Notes: generated by a model from the letters alone, not told the origin. A stretch of 64,000 nt of DNA from an uncultured Alphaproteobacteria bacterium (GCA_963710245.1 CAVPZK010000020.1:21193-85192); one strand, 5' to 3'; counted from the stretch's first letter, positions 33,197 through 48,277 are shown. Program-made: numbers and translations.

Positions 33197-33467
33197 ATGC
33201 GTGATCTCATCGCTGGAGCGTTCATCCTGATTTCCTTCGCGTTTTTGCCGCCTGCACGGGCCTTCGATCGCGTTGGCAGACGATGCCTACCGCTGCAAAG
33301 GCGGTCCGGGCTGGCGCGGCCCCGACGGGTTCTGCGTCTCGCAGTCGAAGCTGGCGACGGTCTGCGGCTCGCCGCCCGGCACGCCGTGCAAGCAAGAGGG
33401 CGCGGCGCGGGTTTGCTTCGGCAAGCAGGCTACTCGGTCCGACGTGGGCCCTCACGCCACGCCCTAG
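33197..33467 (+). CDS. Small secreted Cys-rich protein (about 89 aa), apparent frameshift near 33255
   Basis: GGGAGG RBS, then MRDLIAGAFILISFAFLPPA. Removing one base continues ..SIALADDAYRCKGGPGWRGPDGFCVSQSKLATVCGSPPGTPCKQEGAARVCFGK.. Confidence 0.65.
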
Positions 33468-33540
33468 GGCGGCAGGTCCGGACTCCGGTCTAGGACGCGG
33501 CATTTGATTGTGAACAGCGCGGTCGCCTAAGCTTCGCGCC

Positions 33541-34920
33541 ATGCCGTTGCTCGACCCCGCGCAACCTCCCTCTCCCGCCTCTAAGGCAGCCGAGAAGGCC
33601 AAGGTTGTCGCGCCGAAGATCGCCGCGGCGCTGCCGCAGGCCCGCGAGCGCTTCATCCCGGTCAGCCGCTATGGGCTCAGAGCAAAGCTTATCGCCATGC
33701 TTGCCGAGAGCGAGCGCGACCGGAAGGTTTGGGGACGCGCGCTCGATTGCCTTGCCGCCTGGCGCCACCAGGAGCACCGCAAGTGCCTGCTCGACCTGAT
33801 CGAAGACTATCTTCCCTTCAGCCCCGACAGCGACACCGCCAGTCTGATTGAGCTCGACCGGTGCGGGCGCGACAAGGCGAGGGCCGAGTTCATCGACGGC
33901 ATCGAGAGGATGTTGGCGCAAGCGAATTTCGTGCGGCTCTCACGCGACGACGTGCAGCGCCTGCTGGTCGAGCAATCGCCCTACGGGCTCAATCTCAAGG
34001 TCGACTTGAGCGAGTTCGACGAGGCGCTGCTGTATTATCGCGGCACCGGCACGATCGTGCGCGAGGAGCGCAATCCCTGGCGGCTCTATCTGCGCAAGGA
34101 CCGGCTGGAGGTGCCGATCTTCGAGCGGCTGTTCCTGCTGTTGAAGCTGAAGCCAGCCGAGACCCGCATCGCCGAGATCATGACAGCGACGCAGGTGGAT
34201 CGCGCTCGCGCCGCACGCGAGGTTGAGAAGTCGCGGGCGCATTTTCCGTCCGGCGTGTCGAGCGACTACATCTACGTCAAGATCTTCAGGCGCATCCCGC
34301 AGATCGACATCGAGATGTTGTTTCCCAACACCAAGGTCGCCTTCAGGCCGTTCGACAAGCTCAAGCTGATGGTCACCGCGGGCGGCGGCACGCTCGCCGG
34401 CGTGGCGGGGACCGCCACCAAACTGCTCGCCGCCACCAATCCGTTCACGCTCGCCTTCGGCGTGTTCGGCCTGAGCGCCGTGATTTTCCGGCAGGCGATG
34501 AAGTTCTTCCACACGCGCAACCACTACATGATGGTTCTGGCGCAGAATCTCTATTTCTGCAGCCTCGCAAATAATCGCGGTGCGCTGACGCTGATCGCCG
34601 ACGGCGCCGAGGAGGAGGACGTCAAGGCGGACATGCTGCTTTATGCCTTCCTGGCACGGCATCCCTCGAAACATGATGCGCTGCCCCAGCTCAAGACCCC
34701 GGTCACGCGCTTCCTTGCGGAGCGCTGCGGCGTCAACGTCAATTTCGACGCTGAGGATGCGCTCAAGCGGCTGCGCGCCGACGGGCTTGTCAGCGCGGAC
34801 GCCGATGGGAAATTCTCTGCCATCGCGCCTGAGGCCGCTCGCGCGCATCTCGACCGCTTGTGGGACCGGCTGCTCGATGTCGACAGCCTCGATCGTCAAG
34901 CGAAATCTGCCGGCGCATGA
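33541..34920 (+). CDS. TMEM143/DUF3754 family protein
   Basis: YVKIFRRIPQIDIEMLFPNTKV, two central hydrophobic helices, and YFCSLANNRGALTLIADGAEEEDVK match my recollection of DUF3754. Confidence 0.7.
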   Translation: MPLLDPAQPPSPASKAAEKAKVVAPKIAAALPQARERFIPVSRYGLRAKLIAMLAESERDRKVWGRALDCLAAWRHQEHRKCLLDLIEDYLPFSPDSDTASLIELDRCGRDKARAEFIDGIERMLAQANFVRLSRDDVQRLLVEQSPYGLNLKVDLSEFDEALLYYRGTGTIVREERNPWRLYLRKDRLEVPIFERLFLLLKLKPAETRIAEIMTATQVDRARAAREVEKSRAHFPSGVSSDYIYVKIFRRIPQIDIEMLFPNTKVAFRPFDKLKLMVTAGGGTLAGVAGTATKLLAATNPFTLAFGVFGLSAVIFRQAMKFFHTRNHYMMVLAQNLYFCSLANNRGALTLIADGAEEEDVKADMLLYAFLARHPSKHDALPQLKTPVTRFLAERCGVNVNFDAEDALKRLRADGLVSADADGKFSAIAPEAARAHLDRLWDRLLDVDSLDRQAKSAGA

Positions 34921-35804
34921 TGCATCAGGCCAGCATCGAGGCGAATGCGTCGCAGGCCGAGCGCATCGCACTGGCGTTGGAAGAGGCCGTGGATCCCGCG
35001 GCGGTCGCGGTCGGGCTGTTCGATCGTGGACAGGGCCGTTTCGAGATTTTCGCCCATTACGAGGAGCCGCCGCCGCGCGAGGCACTGCTGCGACTGATCG
35101 CGCAGTCTGCCGGCGACAGCGAGCTCGGCACGCTCCGCATCGATGTGATGCCGGAAGCCGATTGGGTGACTCTGTCGCAAGGAAAGCGCGGGCCGGTCGC
35201 GGCAGGACGTTTCCTGGTGCATGGCAGCCATGACCGCGGCCGCTTGCCGCCGCGGCTGCTCGCAATTGAAATCGATGCCGGCCAAGCCTTCGGCACGGCG
35301 CATCATGCCTCGACGCGCGGCTGCCTGCTCGCGCTCGACGACATTCTCAAGCGGCGGCGACCGCGCGTCGTCGTCGATATCGGCACCGGCACCGGCATCC
35401 TCGCCATCGCCGCCACCAAGGCGCTTCGGCAAAGAGTGATTGCGAGCGACAACGATCCGCTCGCCGTCAGAATCGCGGCAGAGAATGCACGGATGAACGG
35501 CGTCGGATCGCTGGTCAGCGCGTTCAAAGCGCGGGGTTTCGACCATCCGCGCTTACGGCGCCGCAAAGCCGACCTCGTGCTGGCCAATCTGCTCGAGAGC
35601 GGGCTGTACGACCTCGCCCCGGCCATCGCCAAATATGTTGCGCCGGGCGGCAGGGCGATCCTGTCGGGCCTCACCGAAGCCCAGGCGCGATCCATCGAGG
35701 CGCGCACCCGAAGCCTTGGCTTCGCCATGGAAAAGCGATTCATTCTCGATGGATGGACGACCTTGGTGATAGTCCGTCGCAACGCGCGCGCTACCCGCGA
35801 TTGA
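34917..35804 (+). CDS. prmA: 50S ribosomal protein L11 methyltransferase
   Basis: AIEIDAGQAFGTAHHASTRGCL, VDIGTGTGILAIAA, AILSGL. ATGA overlap with the upstream stop. Confidence 0.9.
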   Translation: MMHQASIEANASQAERIALALEEAVDPAAVAVGLFDRGQGRFEIFAHYEEPPPREALLRLIAQSAGDSELGTLRIDVMPEADWVTLSQGKRGPVAAGRFLVHGSHDRGRLPPRLLAIEIDAGQAFGTAHHASTRGCLLALDDILKRRRPRVVVDIGTGTGILAIAATKALRQRVIASDNDPLAVRIAAENARMNGVGSLVSAFKARGFDHPRLRRRKADLVLANLLESGLYDLAPAIAKYVAPGGRAILSGLTEAQARSIEARTRSLGFAMEKRFILDGWTTLVIVRRNARATRD

Positions 35805-35817
35805 TCGCGGACGAGCT

Positions 35818-37658
35818 TTGAGCTTACAAAGGCCGGCCATGTATCAGATTTTCGACGATGTCAGTTCCCCTGCCGCGAGCGGCGAGCGGGTCAAGGCGTT
35901 GCAGCGGGAATTGAAATCGCGAAAGCTCAAGGGCTTTCTCGTTCCGCATAGCGACGAGCACCAGGACGAATTCCTCGCCCCTCCCGCCGAGCGCTTGGCC
36001 TGGCTCACCGGCTTCACCGGATCGGCCGGCGTGGCCATCGTGCTGGAGAAGGCGGCGGCGCTGTTCGTCGACGGGCGCTACACGCTGCAAGCGCGCGCGC
36101 AGACCGACGCCACGCTGTTCGAAGTGTTGCAGACACCGGACGCCAAGGCATCGAGCTGGATCGCCGAGAAGCTCAGCAAGGGCGCGGTGATCGGCTACGA
36201 CCCGGCGTTGCACACGATCAAGGAGATCGAGCGGCTGACCGAGACGTTGGCCAAGTCCGGTATCAAGCTCACCCCCGTCGATGCCAATCTCATCGATCTC
36301 ATCTGGCAGGACCGGCCGAAGCCTTCCGCAGCCGAAATCGTGCCGCATGGGCTCGAATATGCGGGCAAGAGCGCGCAAGACAAGATCCGCGACGTGCAGG
36401 CGCGGCTCAAGGACGAGAACATCGACGCCGTGCTGCTCACCATGCTCGATTCGATCGCTTGGCTGTTCAACATCAGGGGCGGCGATATCAGGCATACGCC
36501 GGTTGCGCTCGCTTTCGCCATGGTGCCGGCGAGCGGCAAGCCGACGCTCTACATCGATCCCGCCAAGGTCGGCGACAACGTCAAGGGGGCGCTGCGCGAA
36601 GTCCTCGATCTCGCCGAGCCGGCCGCGCTGATGGACAAGCTCAAGGTGCTCGGCGAAGCGCGCGCCCGCGTGCGGCTCGATCCGGACAGCGCGCCGATCA
36701 AGTTCGCGCAGGCGCTCCAAGCCGACGGCGTGAAATTCGTACCGGGCCAGGACCCGTGCATCCATCCCAAGGCCATCAAGAACGAGGTCGAGATCAAGGG
36801 TGCGCGCGCCGCTCACTTGCGCGACGGCGTGGCCATGGTGCGGTTCCTGGCCTGGCTCGACGAGGTCGCCGAGTTCGGGCAAGATCGACGAGATCGCCGC
36901 GGCCATGAAGCTGGAAGACAGCCGCCGCGAGTCGGGTCAGCTGAGAGACATCAGCTTCGACACGATCTCGGCGGCGGGCGCCAACGGCGCCATCGTGCAT
37001 TACCGGCCGACGACCAAGGGCAAGCGCCTCTTGGAATCGGGCTCGCTCTATCTCATCGATTCAGGCGCGCAATATCGCGACGGCACCACCGACGTCACCC
37101 GCACCATCGCCATTGGCACTCCGACAGCGGAGATGAAGCGGCATTACGGGATGGTGCTGAAGGCACATATCGCCATCGCCACCGCGCGCTTCCCCAAGGG
37201 CACGCGCGGGCAAGACCTCGACCCACTCGCGCGCAGGCCGCTCTGGGAGGCGGGGCTCGATTTCGATCACGGCACCGGCCACGGCGTCGGCAGCTATCTT
37301 TCCGTGCATGAAGGGCCGCAGCGCCTATCGCGAACTCGGGACGGTCGAACTCGAGCCGGGCATGATCCTATCCAACGAGCCCGGCTATTACCGCGAAGGC
37401 CATTACGGCATCCGGCTGGAAAATCTCGTGTTGGTGACGCCGCCCGAGACGATCAAAGGCGGCACGCGAGAGATGATGGGATTCGACACGCTGACGCTGG
37501 TGCCGTTCGATCGTCGGCTGATCGATGCGAAACAGCTGCTGCCCTTCGAGATCGCCTGGCTCAACGCCTATCACGCGCGCGTCAGGCGGGAGATCGAGCC
37601 CGTTCTGTTGAGCGACGACAGGGCCTGGCTCCGCCACGCCACGGCGCCGATCGGCTGA
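35818..37658 (+). CDS. Aminopeptidase P family (M24) peptidase; frameshifts near 36871 and 37333
   Basis: VPHSDEHQDEF, WLTGFTGSAG, DSGAQYRDGTTDVTRT, HGTGHGVGSYLSVHEGP, SNEPGYYREGHYGIRLEN spread over three frames. Confidence 0.93.
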
Positions 37659-37912
37659 TGTCGACAGAAATCCTCGTCTCGGCTTGCGCGGCGACGCTCA
37701 CCACGGCGGCGTTCGTGCCGCAAGCGCTGCACATCATCCGCCATAAAGAGACGCGGGCGATCTCGCTGTTCATGTACATCTCATTCGCGGTGGGTGTAGC
37801 GCTGTGGCTGCTGTTCGGCACAATGATCGGCAACTGGCCGATCATCGTCTCGAACAGCATTACGCTTCTGCTCGCGCTCGCCATCATCGCCATGAAGCTG
37901 AAATATGGGTGA
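37658..37912 (+). CDS. SemiSWEET (PQ-loop) transporter, 84 aa
   Basis: LTTAAFVPQA, ETRAISL, LWLLFG, WPIIVSN; three TM helices; TGATG overlap with the peptidase. Confidence 0.9.
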   Translation: MSTEILVSACAATLTTAAFVPQALHIIRHKETRAISLFMYISFAVGVALWLLFGTMIGNWPIIVSNSITLLLALAIIAMKLKYG

Positions 37913-37915
37913 GGC

Positions 37916-41747
<3,832 letters not shown>

Positions 41748-41760
41748 GGCGCGCTGCGGG

Positions 41761-42631
41761 TTAGGCGGGGTTGCCGTTGCCCTTCCAGGTCTGGGTGATC
41801 CAAGAGCCTTCGTGCTGTTGCGGCTGGAGACCGACTTTTCCTAGGAGCCCGTAAGCGTGGCTGTACCACTTGCTGTCCGGAAAGTTGTGGCCGAGCACGG
41901 CAGCCGCCGTTTGAGCCTCGTTGACGATACCTAACGCCATATAGGCCTCGGTCAACCGCATCAAGGCCTCTTCCACCTGCTCGGTGGTCTGATAGTCGGT
42001 GACGACGACGCGGAAGCGATTGATGGCGGCAAGGAAGTTGTTGTGACGGAGGTAATAGCGGCCGACCATCATCTCCTGCGCCGCCAGGAGATCGCGCAGG
42101 ATGCGCTGCCGGTTGCGTGCCTCGGCGGCGTAGCGCGAACTCGGGATAACGCTGAATCAGCGTATCGTAGGCCGCCAGCGCCTTACGCGCGCTGGTCTGA
42201 TCGCGCTTCGGGTCGAGCACGCGATCGTAATACGACATGGCGATGATGTCCTGGGCGAGGTCCGCCTCCTGGGTGCCCGGATGGAGCGTGAGATAGCGAT
42301 CGGCGGCGCCGATCGCGTCGTCGTATTTGCCGGCTTTGTAATAGGCGTAAGCCGCCATGAGGATCGCGCGGCGGGCCTCCTGCGAATACGGATGATTGAT
42401 ATCGACGTTCTCGTATTGCTTGGCCGCGTCCTCGAAATTGCCCCTGTCGGCCAGCGTCTCGGCCTTCTTGTAGATGACGTTCGGTGGCTCGTTGGGGTCC
42501 TCGACAACGTCCTTGTCGCCCCAAAGCGAGCCGCAGCCGGTGAGCAGGCTAACCGAGAGCAGGAGGCCAAGAATGCTGAACGGCGCGGAACGGCGTCCCG
42601 GCGCTCTATGCAGCTTTTCCGGCGCTGTCAT
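41761..42631 (-). CDS. bamD: Outer membrane assembly lipoprotein BamD; frameshift near 42142
   Basis: Lipobox LLTGC; TPRs; RDQTSARKAL; EMMVGRYYL, AAINRFRVVVTDYQTT, VLGHNFPDSKWY. Confidence 0.92.
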
Positions 42632-42865
42632 GCTCCCCCTCAAAGGCGGTTCCCCCTCGCGCCAAAGCGTGAATTTCGCAAGCCGAAGGGCGCTTGCCAA
42701 GGCTGGCGCGATACCAAGCAACCAACCCGCTGATTATGGTGTTTTTTTGCCCTTTTGCCTGAACGAAGCCTCTCGTGTCAGGCGCGATGGCAGAGGCGCG
42801 CGACATCCAGGCAGCAAAATGCGCCGCGCCAAGACAGCAAAGTCAGTAGAAGCGAGGCTTCCCGG

Positions 42866-43816
42866 TTAGCTCCGCTCGGCGGCGAAATTCGCGGCCGCAA
42901 GGCGGTGGCTGAGCTCGGCATGACGGATCTCGCGGTAACGCGGAGCCTCGATCATGGTCCAAGCATCGGGATCGGCGAACAGCGCCTTCAGCACCAGCGC
43001 GTTCAGCCGATGGCCGCCGCGATAGGAGCGGAATGAGCCGAGAATCGGTGCGCCGGCAAGGGCGAGATCGCCGACAGCGTCGAGCGCCTTGTGGCGCACG
43101 AACTCATCGGAGAAGCGAAGCCCCTCGCGGTTGATGACGCGATCGTCACCGATCGCGACAGTGTTCTCAAGCGAGGCGCCAAGGGCGAGACCCGCGGCCC
43201 AGAGCCGCTCCACGTCCTTCATGAAGCCGAAGGTGCGGGCGCGGGAAAGCTCGCGGCGGAAGGAGCCGGGATTGACGTCGATCTCGATCCTCTGCGCGCC
43301 GATCAGCGGCGAGTCGAAATCGATCTCGACGTCGATATGAAAGCCGTTATTAGGGGTCAGCTCGCCAAAGGCACCGGCATCTTCGACGGCGATGCGCTTC
43401 AGCACTTTGAGGAAGCGGCGCGGAGCCTCGAGCTCGGCCAGGCCGGCCTCGTCAATCGCCTCTACGAAGCGGGAGGCGCTGCCGTCCATGATCGGCACTT
43501 CCGAGCTGTCGATTTCAATCAGGGCGTTGTCGACGCCAAGGCCGCTCAGCGCCGCAAGCAGGTGCTCGACCGTGGCGATGGAAGCGCCATTGCCGTCGCC
43601 GAGCACGGTACACAGCGTTACGCCCGTCACCGACCGCGGATCAGCCGCGATCTCGGTGCCGTCAGCATCGCCGTTGGAAAGAAGGAAGCGTATTCCGGTG
43701 TCGCCGTCAGCCGGACAGAGAGTGATCGAGACCGGCGCTCCGCTATGGACCCCCGTCCCTGTGAGTGAAATCTCGCTGGCAAGCGTGGTTTGGCGTGCCC
43801 CTATGAAACCCTTCAT
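42866..43816 (-). CDS. lpxC: UDP-3-O-acyl-GlcNAc deacetylase
   Basis: QTTLASEISLTGTGVHSG, TVEHLLAAL, EVPIMDGSA, SRARTFGF, RHKALDAVGDL. Confidence 0.97.
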   Translation of the reverse strand: MKGFIGARQTTLASEISLTGTGVHSGAPVSITLCPADGDTGIRFLLSNGDADGTEIAADPRSVTGVTLCTVLGDGNGASIATVEHLLAALSGLGVDNALIEIDSSEVPIMDGSASRFVEAIDEAGLAELEAPRRFLKVLKRIAVEDAGAFGELTPNNGFHIDVEIDFDSPLIGAQRIEIDVNPGSFRRELSRARTFGFMKDVERLWAAGLALGASLENTVAIGDDRVINREGLRFSDEFVRHKALDAVGDLALAGAPILGSFRSYRGGHRLNALVLKALFADPDAWTMIEAPRYREIRHAELSHRLAAANFAAERS

Positions 43817-44122
43817 GGCCCCCGTCGGCCCCCGCGCCGTATTTTGAGTTCCCTACTTAGCTCGAGGAGAGAACCCCGAGCCCCCCATTGATCAGCGCTC
43901 CCTGGCACTTTAAACCGGGCCTGTGTCGGCCCTTGGCTTGTGCCTTTTTGGTCCTGCTGATCAATCTACAAAGAAGCTTAACGCTCGGACTCAGGGGCGA
44001 CAAATCACGGTTTCTTTCACTGTATTACCGGCCAACCCACGGTCTAACTATATGAGCGATAACACCTTTTTGGCTTCGTCGGTGGGCTGACAAGTTTTCT
44101 TGTTAAGCATAGCGGCTGATTG

Positions 44123-45875
44123 CTAGTTAGCCCGACGGCGCAGAAATGCGGGAATCTCCAAATCATCCTCGATCTGTGATTCGGCCACAGGTTCCGCAGT
44201 TTCGACCGGCAAAGGCCGTGCCGGGGTCTCAATTCGCTTCGGCGGGGCGGCAGCCACGGCTTCGCTGCGGGGCCGCTCGATCCTGATGCCCTTTTGCCCG
44301 AACGGGGCCTGGGCCTCGACTCTTGGCTCGAGCCTTGGGGCCTGCATCCTGGGCGCCTCGGGAGCGAGATTGCCGTAGCCCTGGCCGAATTCCGGCTCGC
44401 GCTTCGCAGGCATTTCCGCGTCGGCCTCCTTGCGGGACCGGCCGACATTGGCGAGCCGCTCCAGGAAGCCAACCTTCTTCTTTTGCGCCGCAAGACCCAT
44501 CGCAGGCGCATCTCCGGCGGCCTTCGCCTTGATCGCGTTTTGCGCCACGACGGGAAGTTCATCGACACTCGGCATACGCCGTACGGGACGCCGCACGGCA
44601 GCCGGGGGCGCGGGCTGGAAGGGCCGCGCCGGCGCTGCCGGCGCCTGCCTCGGGGTGTTGCCCAGCGGTAAACCGATTCCACCCATCTGCGCCGGGCGCT
44701 TCTCGATCGTCACATTGCCGGGGGCACGCCACACCGCAGCGTCCTTGACGACCTCGCTCGGGGCCAACACGAGGCTCGGCTCATCGAGATCGACAGGGCC
44801 GCCAGTGGGCAGAGCGGCAAGTCCGGCAAGGCGCTCGGTAAGCCGCGATCGGTCTTGCGCCACGGCGGGCCGCGGCGCCTCCATGATCGGCGTCGCCATC
44901 CGGGATGCGGCGAGGCCAATACCGGTCGCCACCACCGAGACGCGGATCGATCCGTCAAGCTCGTCATCGAAGGTCGCGCCGACGATGATATTGGCGTCGG
45001 GATCGGCCTCGGCCCTGACCCGGCTCGCCGCCTCGTCGACCTCGTAGAGGGTGAGATCGTTGCCGCCGGTGATGGAGACGAGCAGACCGCTCGCCCCCTT
45101 CATGCAAACATCGTCGAGCAGTGGATTGGCGATTGCCGCCTCGGCCGCTTCGATGGCCCGTACGTTCGCCGCTCGATTCGCCAGTGCCCATCATCGCCTT
45201 GCCCATGCCGGCCATGATGGTGCGGACGTCGGCGAAGTCGAGATTAATCAGGCCCTCTTTCACCATGAGATCGGTGATGCAGGCGACGCCGGAGCGCAGA
45301 ACGTCGTCAGCCATGGCGAAGGCATCGGTGAAGGTGGTCTTCTCGTTGGCGACGCGGAACAGATTCTGGTTGGGGATGATGAGCAGCGTATCGACGAATT
45401 TCTGCAGCGCATCGATACCGGCCTCAGCAGCGCGGAGCCGGCGCGAGCCCTCGAACTGGAACGGCTTGGTGACGACGCCGACAGTGAGGATGCCTTCCTC
45501 ACGCGAGGCGCGTGCGATCACTGGCGCCGCGCCCGTTCCCGTACCGCCCCCCATGCCGGCGGTGATGAACACCATGTGGCAGCCGACGAGATGGGCCTTG
45601 ATGTCGGCCATCGCCTCCTCGGCGGCGGCGGCGCCCACCTCGGGCTTGGAACCTGCGCCAAGCCCCTCGGTGACATTGGCTCCCATCTGAATGCGGCGCT
45701 CGGCGGCTGAGCTCGCCAAGGCTTGCGCGTCGGTATTGGCGACGACGAATTCGACGCCCTTCAGACCGCATTCGATCATGTTGTTGACGGCATTGCCGCC
45801 GGCCCCGCCGACACCGAATACGGTGATGCGCGGCTTGAGTTCGGTCAGATCAGGAACTCTGAGGTTTATGGTCAT
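44123..45875 (-). CDS. ftsZ: Cell division protein FtsZ with long linker; frameshift near 45162
   Basis: [30 protein letters not shown]; second piece [11 protein letters not shown] and C-terminal [14 protein letters not shown]. Confidence 0.97.
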
Positions 45876-45959
45876 GGCGCTGTTCCGTTCCTTCATCGTC
45901 TCTACTCCGGCTCGCTTGCGGCGCTTCCCCGCGACGCGCCCATCGAGCCCGCTCTAGAA

Positions 45960-47285
45960 TCAAAAATTGTCCCGTATCCACTCGCCAACCTTGGCGAAAT
46001 AGCCGGTGCCAGTGCGCAAGAAGCGCTGCTCGCTTCGGCCGGACAGCCTGTCGTCGCCGCGAGCCCAATGCAGCAAAAGGCCGATCGCGGCGGAGAAGTC
46101 GGGTGCAGCCGCCACGGCCGGAAGGCCGCTCATCGAGCGCGGACGGCCAAGCCGCACGGGCCTGCCGAACATGTTGGCCGCAAGCTCGGGCAGGCCGGTG
46201 AGCTGGCTGCCCCCGCCGGTCAGCACGAGGTGCTGGGTGACCTCGGCAGCGAGCCCAGCCGCGGCCAGCCTGCGACGCATCAGGTCGAGAATCTCCTCGA
46301 TGCGCGGGCGGATGATGATGGCGAGCTGCGCCTTGGTGATCTGGTTCAGGCTCGGCTGCGGCATGCCGGTAACAGCCGGATAGGTGATGATCTCCCGCTC
46401 GTCCGACAGCGTGGCAAAGGCGCTGCCATGCAGGGTCTTGAGCCGCTCGGCGTAGTCGAGCGGCGCCGAGAGGGTGCGGGCGATGTCGGTGGTGATGCCG
46501 TTGCCGCCAAGGGCGATGGCGTCGGCATGGATAAAGTGGCCATCGACGAAAACTGAGAGCGTGGTGGTGCCGGCGCCGAAATCGATGCAGGCCACTCCGA
46601 GCTTGGCCTCATCGGGCGTGACGACCGACAGCGCGCTGGCGCAAGGCGCCGCGACCAGGCTCGCCACTGCGAGATGGCAGCGTTCGACGCAGAGCATCAC
46701 ATTGCGCATCGCCACCTCGTCGGCAGTGACGGCGTGGAGGTCGACGGCAAGTCGTTCGCCGCACATGCCTTGCGGTTCGTTGATGCCGCCATTCTCGTCG
46801 ATGCGATAGCTGAGCGGCAGAGCGTGCAGCACGCTGCGCTTGTCGCGGCCGGCATATTGGCGGCCGCCGGCGAGCAGGCGCATGACATCGTCCTCGCGCA
46901 CGGCGCCCGAGGGGAGCGCCACGCTGGCCGAGAAGGTCTCGCTCTTCAGCCGTCCGCAGGTGACGGAGACATGCACGTCCTCGACGGTGACGCCGGCCAT
47001 GCGCTCGGCGGCATCGACGGCCGAGCGGATGCAGGCTTCGGCGCTGTCGAGATGGGCGATCATGCCGGCCTTGAGGCCTTCGGCGCGGGTGTGGTCGAAG
47101 CCGAGCACCTCGAACTGCATGGCATCGCCCTTGCCCTCGAACCAATCCGGCGCGGGGGACGTCTTGGCGATCAGGCAGCAGATCTTGCTCGTGCCGACGT
47201 CAAGCGCAGTCACGATGCGCTGGCGCTTGCTTCTTATTGTGGTCGTGTAACCCATCCCCCTGCCCTCAAACTCCCCTGTACTCAC
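45960..47285 (-). CDS. ftsA: Cell division protein FtsA
   Basis: ALDVGTSKICC, CIDFGAGTT, VLTGGGSQL. Alternative start at 47255. Confidence 0.96.
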   Translation of the reverse strand: MSTGEFEGRGMGYTTTIRSKRQRIVTALDVGTSKICCLIAKTSPAPDWFEGKGDAMQFEVLGFDHTRAEGLKAGMIAHLDSAEACIRSAVDAAERMAGVTVEDVHVSVTCGRLKSETFSASVALPSGAVREDDVMRLLAGGRQYAGRDKRSVLHALPLSYRIDENGGINEPQGMCGERLAVDLHAVTADEVAMRNVMLCVERCHLAVASLVAAPCASALSVVTPDEAKLGVACIDFGAGTTTLSVFVDGHFIHADAIALGGNGITTDIARTLSAPLDYAERLKTLHGSAFATLSDEREIITYPAVTGMPQPSLNQITKAQLAIIIRPRIEEILDLMRRRLAAAGLAAEVTQHLVLTGGGSQLTGLPELAANMFGRPVRLGRPRSMSGLPAVAAAPDFSAAIGLLLHWARGDDRLSGRSEQRFLRTGTGYFAKVGEWIRDNF

Positions 47286-48277
47286 GTCTTGCCTTTGACC
47301 GGCGTAATCTTGGTGCTCGCGGTCGGCACTTCGGCCTGCGGCGTCCCTCCCGGCGTGCTCGCCGACGGCGCGTCGCGCAAGCGCACGCTGACCCGATCGA
47401 GAAGCCTGAGATCGACGGCGGCGATGTCCCGCTTAAGCAGCCCCCGCTCTGCATCGAGCTTGGCAAGCGAGTTGAGCGCCTCGCCGAGATTGTCGTCGGG
47501 AAGCATGATCTCGAGTCCCGAAGCGAGCTTCAGCGTCCAGCGGCGATCGCCGACCCTGATCGCGGCGATGAGCCTCTGCTTGAGGTCGGGATAGGCACCG
47601 AGCTGATCGTACAATTCGGCGAGCGGACTTCGCCGCGCCCTCGCCGACCACCAGAGGCAGGCTCGCATAGGCTTCGCGCAGAGCCGGCGCGAGAACGACG
47701 CCCTCGGCATCGACCACATAAGTCTGACCTTTGTTCTGCCAAACGGCGTAAGGCGTCCGCTCCTCGACGACGACTTGGAGGGTCGAGGGCAACAGCCGCA
47801 TGACTTGCGCGTGCCTGATCCACGGCAACAGCTTCGAGGCGCGCTTTGGCGGCATCGGTGTCGAAGTTGAGCATCATCGTGTCGGGGCCGGCGCCGAGCG
47901 CCGCGGTGATCGCTGCATCGGTCGCATGCAGCTGGCCGGCGACGGTAATCCGCTTCACGCCAAAGCCGGAGGCCACGGCGAGATGCTCGATGCCGCCGGT
48001 CAGCGCGTCATAGATCTTGGTCGTCTGGCCGCCGACGATGGCGCCATAGACGACGGCGCTGCCGAGAAACAGCGCGCATAGCGCGAGCCATTTGCCGCGC
48101 ACGCGGTCGCTGGCCAAGGCGAGCGAGGCGGAGCGAGGTCGGGCTGCGGGTGATGAGGCGGCGCGTGCCCGAGAGCACGGGCAGGCGGTTTCCTCCTCTG
48201 CGCTGGACGGCAATGCCGCGCGCCAGGAGGAACTCTTGCGAGCCCCTGCTCCTTGCCCTTCCCCTCACCGGTTGCAC
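47282..48277 (-). CDS. ftsQ: Cell division protein FtsQ; frameshifts near 48130, 47835 and 47625
   Basis: POTRA and beta domain pieces: [58 protein letters not shown]; lies between ddl and ftsA. Confidence 0.9.

Noticed and set aside
43970-44120. Possible CtrA sites near lpxC and ftsZ (also near 63420)
   Set aside because: Only TTAA half-sites; no full TTAA-N7-TTAA.
44123-44930. Very long Pro/Ala-rich C-terminal region of FtsZ
   Set aside because: Long linkers are a known feature of alphaproteobacterial FtsZ.
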